A DNA stretch of 64,000 nucleotides, from positions 539,925 to 603,924 of the forward strand of contig OY282494.1 of assembly GCA_958296385.1 (NCBI GenBank), in the 5' to 3' direction. Positions 49,512 to 58,768 of this stretch are shown here, piece by piece. The stretch is from an uncultured Dehalococcoidia bacterium (GTDB taxonomy: Bacteria > Chloroflexota > Dehalococcoidia > Lucifugimonadales > UBA3495). How positions within the stretch are numbered: the stretch's first letter is position 1; every line of letters starts with the position of its first letter. Made by a program: the position numbers and the translations under genes. The notes beneath the pieces are model-generated. The model was given only the letters and a program-made list of their open reading frames with translations. It made no database searches and was not told the DNA's origin.

Positions 49512-50399
49512 ATGGCTAAGAACAATCAGCAATTCGCCGAGTTCCTCAAGGATGAGGTGAACCTCAATAAAAGTCGGCTGGATCGTCTGGAGACCGCCGT
49601 GGGAGGGGTGAACGGTTACCTCAAGGATAACCTGACCGGATACCAGAGTATGGAACGGCAGGGTTCCTATGCCTTAAGTACGCTCATCAAACCCGTGGAC
49701 GACAACGACGAGTACGATGCCGACATCCAAATCGTGATGAACCCGAACCCCAATTGGGATGCTAAGGATTACGTCCTCGAGATTAGGCGGACGCTGGCGG
49801 GCAACAAGACTTACGCAGACAAGCTCAGGCTCAAGACCAGGTGCGTAACCGTCGATTATGCCGGCGACTTTCACTTGGACGTGGTGCCGAGGGTGACCAG
49901 CAAGGGCAAGCACTACGTCTGCAACCGGATTGACAACGAGTTCGAAGAAACCGACGGTAACGGATACCGCGAGTGGTTCAACGAGAAGAACCGCATCACC
50001 CGCGGCAATCTGAAGCAAGTGGTGAAATATCTCAAGTACCTGCGCGACCACAAGAACAGTTTCACCGCCAAGTCGATTTTGCTGACGACGCTTGCCGGTA
50101 ACGCTATCAGGGAGTCCGGCACAAGAACTCCGGAGGTGAGTTCCGTTGCCGACACGCTGGTTACCGTCCTCTCCCGGATGGACAATTACTTGCAGCGGCA
50201 TTCCAATATGCCGGAGATTAAGAATCCGGTGCTGCGTGTGGAGAACTTCAACCGGCACTGGGACCAGCGGAAATACGCCAATTTCCGGGACCGTATCCGG
50301 TCGTATGCGAGTACGGCGAAACAGGCAAAAGCTGCGCCATCGGGTGAAAAGTCCATCCAGCTCTGGCAGGAACTGTTTGGTGACGGGTTCGGTAAATAG
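49512..50399 (+). CDS. cGAS/DncV-like nucleotidyltransferase (CD-NTase, SMODS)
   Basis: QGSYALSTLIKP...EYDADI, CVTVDYAGDFHLDVVP, KYLKYLRD, NPV..ENF, WQELFG. The frame continues past the TAG to 50498. Confidence 0.93.
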   Translation: MAKNNQQFAEFLKDEVNLNKSRLDRLETAVGGVNGYLKDNLTGYQSMERQGSYALSTLIKPVDDNDEYDADIQIVMNPNPNWDAKDYVLEIRRTLAGNKTYADKLRLKTRCVTVDYAGDFHLDVVPRVTSKGKHYVCNRIDNEFEETDGNGYREWFNEKNRITRGNLKQVVKYLKYLRDHKNSFTAKSILLTTLAGNAIRESGTRTPEVSSVADTLVTVLSRMDNYLQRHSNMPEIKNPVLRVENFNRHWDQRKYANFRDRIRSYASTAKQAKAAPSGEKSIQLWQELFGDGFGK

Positions 50400-50502
50400 G
50401 CGGGTTCCGGGACTGGCCGCAACGCTCGTACCCCGGTGGCGCCCGCTGCGTCTATACCCGTAGCACCACGGCAGGGCGAAGCCGACAGGTTCGGATAGGG
50501 CG

Positions 50503-52038
50503 ATGATGGACGACCATTTCTTTACGGAGTCGCTTGAGGAGTTCCAGCGCGAAATGGCGGCGGCCGGCTTCGAGCCGGTCGCGGCCGCCGACCCGCCACG
50601 CTGGAGAGGGCCAATCCATCCGGCCTTCGCTCCGCTCACGGACGCGAAGACTATGGACATCGTGATTACGCCCGGATGGCACTTTCAGCCTCCCGCTCTG
50701 CTGGTGGATGGCCTTGATACTAATCACTCAATGCTGAACGGGTTGGTTTGTATGTGGCAAGATGGGGATGCCAGCCTCGAATGGACCACTATGCCAGGAT
50801 TTTTCTCACGCATCGCAGATTGGTGCGAGAATGCCAGGAACGGCTGGGCAGGCGATGACCTGGTGTATGACGCCTTTCTGAACTTCCAAAAGAAACTGGC
50901 GGGAGTTGCGACCTTTAATCTGCCTGAACTCAATATGCGCAAAGGCGGTTGTGGGGATGTTTATGGCATTGTGAACGCAGATTTACAGAGGATTGATGTT
51001 AAGCGGGGACGGTCTAACTCGCCCGGCCAGCTACGCGGCCTGTGGTTTCACGCGGGAGTGTTGGACAATCCTCCGCCCCGGCGACTTTCGGAAGTGTTTC
51101 GCTGCTTGCCCAGGAACCAGAGGAAAGGGCTGGAGCGCGAACTCGGCAATCGCCGGAGGCCCGAACCATGCTCGGTCAGCGGCGGAGTGGACATCATCCT
51201 GTTTTGTTGGGAGCATCGCGGCCGGCCCGACTTGCTGGTGATGGTGTGTGAGGGAATGAACGACCAAGTTGATGCGGTTGCGTTGCAGCCAGGACCGATT
51301 GACGAAGACAGCCTTATCCTGCGGGCTGGCCCGGATGCGCCGCTGCTGCGGACTTGCAAAGTGACGCTGTTCGGGGCTGGAGCGTTGGGCGGTTACGTTG
51401 GGGTGGCGCTTGCGGAGAGCGGGTTGGGCTCTCTGGACGTTGTGGACGGCGATACGCTCTTGCCGGGCAACGTGGTCAGGCACGTCGCCGGCCACGACCA
51501 GGTGGGCAGACCCAAGGCGCAGGCAGTCCGCTACGTGATTGAAAAGCACGCGCCCTGGACTGGGGTTGCGGAGTTCTTTGAATCTCCGGTTACTGCGAGC
51601 AAAATACGCGAGCGCATCGCTAACGCTGATATGGTCGTTGACGCTACGGGTAACGAGGCTTTTACCGGGGCGTTGGCCGTGGCGGCGCGGGGTATTGGAA
51701 TACCGCTGGTCTCCGGGGCGCTTTACCGGGGCGGCAGTATTGCGCGGGTGCAGCGGCAGGCGCTGCCGGACGATGTTCCCCTGCACCGGCGTGAGGATAC
51801 GCCGCAATTTCCGGCTATTCCCGCCGGCGATGGCCGCTATGATTTTGCGTCGCCCGCGCTGGGCTGCTCCGCTCCGGTGAACAACGCTCCGCCGGCTTCG
51901 GTAACCGCGTGCGCTGCCCTGATTGTCCAAATGACCCTGGATGCTCTCACCGGCCGGTTTGAGTTCAACGACGAAGTGATCGACGTTTATCGGAGTATCG
52001 CAGAGGCGCCGTTTAATCGTGTCGGTAGAGTGGGATAG
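50503..52038 (+). CDS. cap2: Cap2-like E2-E1 (ThiF) fusion
   Basis: N-terminal E2-like NHSMLNGLVCMW; C-terminal GAGALG, DGDTLLPGNVVRH, VVDATG and catalytic GCSAP. Confidence 0.88.
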   Translation: MMDDHFFTESLEEFQREMAAAGFEPVAAADPPRWRGPIHPAFAPLTDAKTMDIVITPGWHFQPPALLVDGLDTNHSMLNGLVCMWQDGDASLEWTTMPGFFSRIADWCENARNGWAGDDLVYDAFLNFQKKLAGVATFNLPELNMRKGGCGDVYGIVNADLQRIDVKRGRSNSPGQLRGLWFHAGVLDNPPPRRLSEVFRCLPRNQRKGLERELGNRRRPEPCSVSGGVDIILFCWEHRGRPDLLVMVCEGMNDQVDAVALQPGPIDEDSLILRAGPDAPLLRTCKVTLFGAGALGGYVGVALAESGLGSLDVVDGDTLLPGNVVRHVAGHDQVGRPKAQAVRYVIEKHAPWTGVAEFFESPVTASKIRERIANADMVVDATGNEAFTGALAVAARGIGIPLVSGALYRGGSIARVQRQALPDDVPLHRREDTPQFPAIPAGDGRYDFASPALGCSAPVNNAPPASVTACAALIVQMTLDALTGRFEFNDEVIDVYRSIAEAPFNRVGRVG

Positions 52039-52114
52039 GCTACGGGCCGGAAGGCACATCACGAGCTCTGGAACCGACGTGAGACCATCACTAATGATTG
52101 GGGCGTGTGGAGGT

Positions 52115-53350
52115 TCAGGGTAGGCGGCGGACGCGGGCCAGGGTGGCTATGCAGATTAGGGCGAGGATTAGGCCGAGGGTGCCTACCAGCGCTATTGCGA
52201 TTACGGGGGAGGTTTCGTCGGATAGGAAGCCTACGCCGAGGCTGGCTACTACGAGGAAGCCCCGGTCGAAGCTTTGCAGGCTGGTGAGGCGTCCGCGCAG
52301 GCTGTCGGGGGCAATGGTTTGTATCAGGGTGCCGCGGGTGGTGCGGAATACGGCCTGGCTGAAGGCCATGGCGGCGATTATCACAAAGGCCAGCGCCATC
52401 CAGTGGGAGAAGGCGAACAGCAGCAGCGTTATGGAGCTGGCGACCGCCGCGCCCAGCACTACTTTGCCTTTGCTGAACACGAATCCGAAGGATGCCATAA
52501 AGAGGGCGGCCAGCAAACCGCCCACGCCGGTGACGGCCAGCAGATAGCCGCCGACGTCAACGCTGCGTTTGAGTACGTCGGTGGTGAATACCGGGAACAG
52601 GAACCAGGCCGGATGCAGGATGATGTTGGGGATTATGGAAAGCAGCATCAGCTGGAAAAGGGCCCGCTCGCCAGTCCAGACGTAGCGCAAACCCTCTACC
52701 ATGTTGGCGATGGCGGAGCCGCGCTGCCGGGCGTTGCCGGGACGGTGAAAGGGCGTTCGCAGCCAGAAAATCATTACTACGTTGGCGAGGTAGAGGCAGG
52801 CTTCGATGGTGAAGTTGGCGAAGAATCCCAGCTTGAAAATCAGGATGCCGCCGATGAACGGGCCTACGATGCGGGTGCCGGTGATGGTCAGCACGTTGGT
52901 GGCCAACGCATTGCCGAGCATATCGCGGGGTACGGTGCCGGCAATCAGGGCCTGGCGCATGGGCTGGGTCATGGAGTGGCAAGCGCCGGCCAGGATGACG
53001 TAGAGGTAGGCGTGCCAGACTTGCACCTGTCCGGAGAGGACGAGCAGGGCAAACGAGAACGCGAGGACGGCCATTATCAGTTGCAGGCCAATTATCAGCT
53101 TGCGGCGGTCGAAACGGTCGCTGAGGACGCCGCCCCAGGGGCCGGTAATCAGGCCGGGCAGGGTGTTGATGCCGCCAACGGTTACCACCAGCAGGCCGGC
53201 GACGTTGGAATCCTGGGTGAGGTCGCGCACCAGCCAGCCGACGCTGAGCAGCTGGAGCCACTGGGCGTTGTTGGCGAAAAAATTGCCAATCCACAGCAGG
53301 CGGTAGTTGGGATACGCCAGCCAGGCGTCCAGCGTATGCAGGCGGGGTAT
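52115..53350 (-). CDS. MFS transporter (DHA3/macrolide-efflux-like), start codon uncertain
   Basis: NYRLLWIGNFF, GGVLSDRFDRRKL, LRGRLTS. The frame is open upstream of 53230 and aligns with paralogue 56241..57482 up to ATA at 53350. Confidence 0.85.
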   Translation of the reverse strand: MPRLHTLDAWLAYPNYRLLWIGNFFANNAQWLQLLSVGWLVRDLTQDSNVAGLLVVTVGGINTLPGLITGPWGGVLSDRFDRRKLIIGLQLIMAVLAFSFALLVLSGQVQVWHAYLYVILAGACHSMTQPMRQALIAGTVPRDMLGNALATNVLTITGTRIVGPFIGGILIFKLGFFANFTIEACLYLANVVMIFWLRTPFHRPGNARQRGSAIANMVEGLRYVWTGERALFQLMLLSIIPNIILHPAWFLFPVFTTDVLKRSVDVGGYLLAVTGVGGLLAALFMASFGFVFSKGKVVLGAAVASSITLLLFAFSHWMALAFVIIAAMAFSQAVFRTTRGTLIQTIAPDSLRGRLTSLQSFDRGFLVVASLGVGFLSDETSPVIAIALVGTLGLILALICIATLARVRRLP

Positions 53351-53751
53351 GCGGGGGAATGACGGAATGATGGAGCCTCGGAAAGGGCCGGCGGGGTTGG
53401 CGCGCGGGGTGAGGTTGTGGTCGTGGGATGGCGGGCAACCGGGCTATCATAGGGCCTGCGCCGTTGAGTAGCAATCTGATGCTGATGGTATTGGCCAATG
53501 ACAATCGATGTTTAAGCGTTGAGAACTTGCCGTATCAAGCTTTGGACGTGGCCTTTCGGCAAGCTCTACGCCGGGTAGCAAGGGCCAGAGAACGATACTC
53601 GCTGGCGTCCGCTGCCAACCGGCTAAACGGCAGCTATGCCGACGGCCAGCATAGCGATAGTTTGTGATGACTGAGTTTATCCGAAAGGGCCGGCATTTTT
53701 GTGCATTATCGGGTTTGCCAGGACGTAGCGGACGGCTTTTCTTGCTATGGT

Positions 53752-53780
53752 TTGCAAGGGCGGGCAGCCTTTTGTATAGT
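53752..53780 (+). promoter_or_regulatory. Sigma70-type promoter of the helicase gene
   Basis: TTGCAA-N17-TATAGT about 80 nt before ATG 53863. Confidence 0.55.
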
Positions 53781-53862
53781 AGGCGCGCTGCCAATGTAAC
53801 AGTTGGTTTCAGAATGGTTGACGGCGAACTTACAGCCAGCTTTGACGGAGCATACGGATAGA

Positions 53863-56133
53863 ATGAACACGATTGACATTGACAGGCTATTGACGCGGTT
53901 GAACGAGCACGACGCGTTGCGCGCGGTAGATACCGTCAAGACGGGCGCTGTCGAGCGCATCGAACCGCAACTCGCGGGCCAATGGCCCGCAGAACTGAAT
54001 CGGGCTGTTCGCGAGGCGTTGAACGGCATTGGCATACAGCGGCCTTATCAGCACCAGGCTGACGCCATCAGCAAATCGCTGAGCGGCGCAGACGTGGTTA
54101 TGGAATCCCCTACCGCCAGCGGCAAAACACTGGCGTTCACGGCGCCTATGCTCAACTCTCTGCTGCTCAACGAAGGTTCTCATGCGCTGATGATTTACCC
54201 GATGAAGGCTTTGGCCTTTGACCAGCGGGAACAAATCCGGCAGGTTTGCGAACCACTGGAAATCGAATCGTGGCCTTACGACGGAGATACCCCGGATGAC
54301 GTTAAGTCTTGGCTTCGAAAAAGCCCGCCGCAGATTTTGTTGACTAACCCCGAATACCTAAATGCTTCGTTTCTGGGCTGGCGGGAGCTGTGGGATGGAT
54401 TCCTGCGCAACCTGAAATATGTTGTCATCGACGAGATGCACGAGTATCGGGGGTTTTTTGGCGGCAATATGTCGCTTTTGCTGCGACGGTTCTTTTTGCA
54501 TCTGAATCGCATCGGCGTATCGCCCCGCGTATTTTTGTCGACGGCTACCTGCGCCAATCCAGCAGAACACGCGCGGAATCTCACTGGTCGCGACGTAGAA
54601 GTGGTATCTGCACGAAATGTCCTGCGGCCCAAACGGCATTTTATGTTTGTCCGCCCTGATATTCCCGACTTCAGGTATCGGGAGATTTTGCAACGGCGTA
54701 TTGAACAGGCAGCATTAACCGCTCTGTCTGAAGGTTTGCAGACGCTGGTTTTCTGCCCGTCAAAACGATTTCTGGAAGACGCTTTCCGCAATGCACAGAC
54801 TAGGGCCGCAGGGCTTGGTTTAGATGCTGACCGCATATCAGCATTTCACGCAGACCTGAAGAATGATCAGCGGCAAGACATACAGCAGAAGATTAAATCG
54901 GGCGACATTACCATCGTGTTCACAACCAACGCTTTGGAGCTGGGGTTGGACATCGGCGGATTAGACGGTGTGATACTGGCCGGCTTTCCGCCCAGTATCA
55001 TGTCCGCCTGGCAGCAAATCGGACGCGCCGGCCGGGGCTGGAACAGGGATGCTTTTGTGTTGTTCTATGCGATGAACGACCCTATCGACCGCTTTTTCGT
55101 AGGCAACCTGGACGCCTTTCTGGACAAGCCTTTTGATGAGTTGGTGATAGACCCGGACAACGAAGAACTGATTGACAATCACCTGGCTCCCCTAGCTGCC
55201 GAAACCGGCGGGGCAGTTCAGCCCTCAGAAGAGAGCATCTTGGGCAACGCATTTTATGAGGCTGCCAAAAAGGACTCTGGCAAGGTTCCAAAAAATTACC
55301 GGCCGCACTTGCGCCTGAATATGCGGGGTGGTATTGGGCGGTCGTTTGATTTGAAACGAGGGAACGAGGAAGTGGGGCAAATCTCGGCATCACGACGGTT
55401 TCGCGAAGCCTACATCGGGGCCATTTTCACTTTCTTTGGCCAGCGATACCGCGTCCATTCTCACGAAGAGAACGCCGTTGTGCTGGCTGAAGTTGAACCT
55501 AACCTGCGGACGGATGCCGGTTTCTACACCGTAACGACGCTGAGGGACATTTTCAGTGGCTATTCCTACGGGGACATTGAGGTTTATTACGGTTCTTTGG
55601 ACGTAATAACGAACTTCACCGGCTATAAGCTCATAGACGAGCGAAACGGGGAGGAAAAAGGAGCCGGCGGAACTCCCGATGCACAATCGCAGAACAACTT
55701 GCATACCTTCTGGATCAATGTTCCGCAGAGTGAATGCTCCACCGCCGGAATTGGCGCATTGGAGCATATGCTCCGGGTTGGCGCGATGTTCGTCATTCCG
55801 GCAGACCGCTTTGATACCAGTACCCACTCAAAGACCAACGACGAACCCACCGCCTACTATTACGAAAACTACTCCGGCGGTATCGGCGTTGCCAAGAAAT
55901 TGTTTGAGGTATGGCAAACCGCCCTGGCGAAAGGGGTTGAAATTGCCGAGAACTGCGACTGCCGGCTAGGATGCCAGAACTGCATCGAACCGGCTAAATC
56001 GTACAACATCAGCAACGCAGACATCGACAAAGTGCGTGGCGTAGAGCTGGCAAAGAACTTGCTGGCAACGGTTCAAGATGGCCCAGACCATAAATTCCAC
56101 AACGGGCGGATGGTTCCGGTGGGAAATCCATAA
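53863..56133 (+). CDS. SF2 DEAH-box helicase with C-terminal DUF1998 (MrfA/Hrq1/DrmAB-like)
   Basis: YQHQ, PTASGKT, YPMKALAFDQ, IDEMHEY, STATCANP, TNALELGLDIG, QQIGRAGR, terminal CDCRLGCQNC. Confidence 0.92.
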   Translation: MNTIDIDRLLTRLNEHDALRAVDTVKTGAVERIEPQLAGQWPAELNRAVREALNGIGIQRPYQHQADAISKSLSGADVVMESPTASGKTLAFTAPMLNSLLLNEGSHALMIYPMKALAFDQREQIRQVCEPLEIESWPYDGDTPDDVKSWLRKSPPQILLTNPEYLNASFLGWRELWDGFLRNLKYVVIDEMHEYRGFFGGNMSLLLRRFFLHLNRIGVSPRVFLSTATCANPAEHARNLTGRDVEVVSARNVLRPKRHFMFVRPDIPDFRYREILQRRIEQAALTALSEGLQTLVFCPSKRFLEDAFRNAQTRAAGLGLDADRISAFHADLKNDQRQDIQQKIKSGDITIVFTTNALELGLDIGGLDGVILAGFPPSIMSAWQQIGRAGRGWNRDAFVLFYAMNDPIDRFFVGNLDAFLDKPFDELVIDPDNEELIDNHLAPLAAETGGAVQPSEESILGNAFYEAAKKDSGKVPKNYRPHLRLNMRGGIGRSFDLKRGNEEVGQISASRRFREAYIGAIFTFFGQRYRVHSHEENAVVLAEVEPNLRTDAGFYTVTTLRDIFSGYSYGDIEVYYGSLDVITNFTGYKLIDERNGEEKGAGGTPDAQSQNNLHTFWINVPQSECSTAGIGALEHMLRVGAMFVIPADRFDTSTHSKTNDEPTAYYYENYSGGIGVAKKLFEVWQTALAKGVEIAENCDCRLGCQNCIEPAKSYNISNADIDKVRGVELAKNLLATVQDGPDHKFHNGRMVPVGNP

Positions 56134-56240
56134 GGGCCGGAGCGATATAAACAGGGGCGAATAACCATCCGTCCCCGCATAGTTCCGGCCTAGCCGTACA
56201 ACCTCGGAAGCAGTACGGCGGGGCTATGGAGTGGGTTGGT

Positions 56241-57482
56241 TTATTCAAGGGCGCGTACTCTTTGGAGGGTGGCGGTGCAGATTGCGGCTAGGAGTAGTCC
56301 TAATCCGCCCAGGGCCAGGATGGCTATGGAGGCTGAGGTGGCGTCGGCTAGCATTCCTACCAGGACGCTGGCTGCGGTTAGGAAGCCGCGCTCGTAGGCC
56401 AGGACGGCCATGGTGCGGGCGCGGAAGCGGTCGGGGACTATGGTTAGGACTACTGTGCCCTGGGTGGTGCGGAATTGGGCCTGGAATAGCGACATCAGCG
56501 CCAGGAACAGGAAGGCGGCGGGCAGCCAGGATGAGTGGGAGAAGGCCATGGTGCACATTGAGCTGAGGGCGGCGGCGGCCAGCAGGATGTAGCCTTTGCG
56601 CGACGGGAATCCGAAGGATGCTATGGCCAGGGTTGATATGAGGCCGCCGACGCCGGTTATCGCCAGCAGGTAGCCGCCCATGTTGGCGTCGGCGTGCAGC
56701 ACTTGCGCGGTGAACAGCGGCAGCAGGAACCACACCGGATGCAATATGGTGTTGGGGATTATCGACAGCACCATAATCTGTAAAATCTCGCGCTGCTGTC
56801 GCCAGAGGTGCATGATGCCGTCGCGGAAATCGGCGACGGGGGAAAAGCGGCGGCTGACGCTCTCCGGCAGGGCGGCGGCGTAGCGCAGGCGCATGGGGAT
56901 TAGCAGCAGCACGACGGCCAGATAGAGGCCGCCCTCCAGCGCGAAGTTCCAGAAGTAGCCCAGCCAGAATATCAGCAGGCCACCGATGAAGGGGCCAAAG
57001 ATGCGCGTGCCGGTGATGGTGAGCACGTTGATGGCGTAGGCGTTGCCCACCGCCGCGCGGGGGACGGTGTTGGAAACGAGTACCTGCTGCATCGGCTGCG
57101 TGATGGCGAGGAAGGCGCCGGAGATTAGGACGTAGGCGTAGGCGTGCCAGGGGCGAATCAGGTCGCTGTCAACGAGGAAGGCGAACGCCAGGGCGAGCGC
57201 GGCGCCGAACGCCTGCACCGTCATTACCAGCTTGCGGCGGTCAAGGCGGTCGCCGAGGACGCCGGTTAGCGGGTTGACGAGCAATCCCGGCAGGGTGTTG
57301 ATGGCGCCTACGGAGACGACCAGCAGGCCGCCAACCGTCGAACCCTGGGACAGGTCTTTGACCAGCCAGCCGACGCTGAGCAGCTGGAGCCACAGGGCGG
57401 TGTTGGCGCAGAAATTCGCCAGCCACAGCAGGCGAAAATCCCGGTACGCCAGCCATGCGTCCAGGGTCTGCAAACGGGGCAA
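56241..57482 (-). CDS. MFS transporter, paralogue of 52115..53350
   Basis: Shared TLDAWLAY, WLQLLSVGWLV, NVLTITGTRI and IIPNxILHPxWFL segments. Confidence 0.9.
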   Translation of the reverse strand: MPRLQTLDAWLAYRDFRLLWLANFCANTALWLQLLSVGWLVKDLSQGSTVGGLLVVSVGAINTLPGLLVNPLTGVLGDRLDRRKLVMTVQAFGAALALAFAFLVDSDLIRPWHAYAYVLISGAFLAITQPMQQVLVSNTVPRAAVGNAYAINVLTITGTRIFGPFIGGLLIFWLGYFWNFALEGGLYLAVVLLLIPMRLRYAAALPESVSRRFSPVADFRDGIMHLWRQQREILQIMVLSIIPNTILHPVWFLLPLFTAQVLHADANMGGYLLAITGVGGLISTLAIASFGFPSRKGYILLAAAALSSMCTMAFSHSSWLPAAFLFLALMSLFQAQFRTTQGTVVLTIVPDRFRARTMAVLAYERGFLTAASVLVGMLADATSASIAILALGGLGLLLAAICTATLQRVRALE

Positions 57483-57624
57483 TCTACGTGGTGAGCGGAT
57501 GGGGGAACCTTTGCGGATGGGGGATGTTCGCCGGGCCGAGCGGCGGTGGGCCGGACGGGACGGCAGGGGGGATGGGGATATAGTGGTACTGCGGCGCCCG
57601 CAATGTCAACTGCGTATGCGTTAT

Positions 57625-57650
57625 GTCATTCTCCGCTGCGCTCAGATTAC
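57625..57650. repeat. REP-like palindromic repeat
   Basis: GTCATTCTCCGCTGCGCTCAGATTAC, near reverse complement of 36783-36809. Confidence 0.7.
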
Positions 57651-57757
57651 CCCCAATCCGGTATGCCAGCTTGAGCTCAGGACAGGTATAATACGCACGC
57701 ACCCCGTCCCATCGGCGCAACAGCCCATCCCGCCGGGTTCCAAAGGTGAGGTTCAGT

Positions 57758-58573
57758 ATGACTACCGCAAACATCGCCGCCCCCAAAACGCCGCCACTAC
57801 CACCGCCACCGTCTGCGCCAACACCAGCACCGGACCGTTTCCGGTTTCCGGATCCGCCTGAACGTGAGCTTGATGAAATGACCAGCATCAAATATCTGTA
57901 CATGGAGGGCAGCGGCCTGCACCTCAAACGGCACCTGGGCAACCGGGATACCACCCTGATCACCGCCGACTTTTGGGTTGCCCGCGGGCCGCGCCCCGGC
58001 ACTCTCGGACTGCGCCGCCCCGACCTGCTCATCGCCTTTGACGTCGACCTGGCCGCTTACGATGCCACCGGAGGCTATCTAATCTCAGAGCAGGGCAAGC
58101 CCCCGGACTTTGTGCTGGAGGTAGCATCGGAGAGCACGGCCCACGTGGACGCGGAGCAGAAGCCCCGTGATTACGCCGCGCTGGGTATCCCGGAATACTG
58201 GCGTTTTGACGCAACGGGGGAGTTTCACGACACTCGGCTGGCCGGTGACCGGCTGGTGAATGGCCGGTATGAGCCCATTCCTATAGAGGAACTGCCCGAC
58301 GGTTCTTTGCAGGGGTACAGCGCAGTGCTGAACCTGTACCTCCGGGCGGAGCAGGGGGGGTTGGGCTGGTATGACCCGGAAACCGGGCAGCACATCCCGA
58401 CGTTTGACGACGAGCGGGCGGGACGCCTCCAGTCTGAGGCCCGCGCCGAGCTGGAGCAGGCGGCCCGCATCCAGGAGCAGGCGGCCCGACTCCAAGAGCA
58501 GGCGGCCCGGCGGCGGGCTGAGGCGCGGGTTCGCGAGCTGGAGGAACAGCTCCGGCTGCGGGGGGGTGGGTAG
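57758..58573 (+). CDS. Uma2/DUF820-family PD-(D/E)xK endonuclease with coiled-coil tail
   Basis: RRPDLLIAF, GKPPDFVLEVAS, YAALGIPEYWRFD; tail EQAARxQ x3. Confidence 0.9.
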   Translation: MTTANIAAPKTPPLPPPPSAPTPAPDRFRFPDPPERELDEMTSIKYLYMEGSGLHLKRHLGNRDTTLITADFWVARGPRPGTLGLRRPDLLIAFDVDLAAYDATGGYLISEQGKPPDFVLEVASESTAHVDAEQKPRDYAALGIPEYWRFDATGEFHDTRLAGDRLVNGRYEPIPIEELPDGSLQGYSAVLNLYLRAEQGGLGWYDPETGQHIPTFDDERAGRLQSEARAELEQAARIQEQAARLQEQAARRRAEARVRELEEQLRLRGGG

Positions 58574-58768
58574 CCCTCTATCTGGGCGGCGGCGGCGGGC
58601 TGCTGTTTGATGTGCCGGGCTGTTGGGGGGATGGCGCTGGCGGGGGATGTGCTAAAATGGTTGTTGCTTTGTGCCTGCTATGCTTTGTCTTGTTTGGAGG
58701 GTTTGACGATGTTGGCCCGGTTTGGACGCGTTTCGTTTAACAGCCGGATAGGTCGGAGGGGTGGCAGA

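Noticed and set aside
52039-52114. Cap3/JAB gene after cap2
   Set aside because: The gap is ~75 nt with no JAB motif or plausible start.
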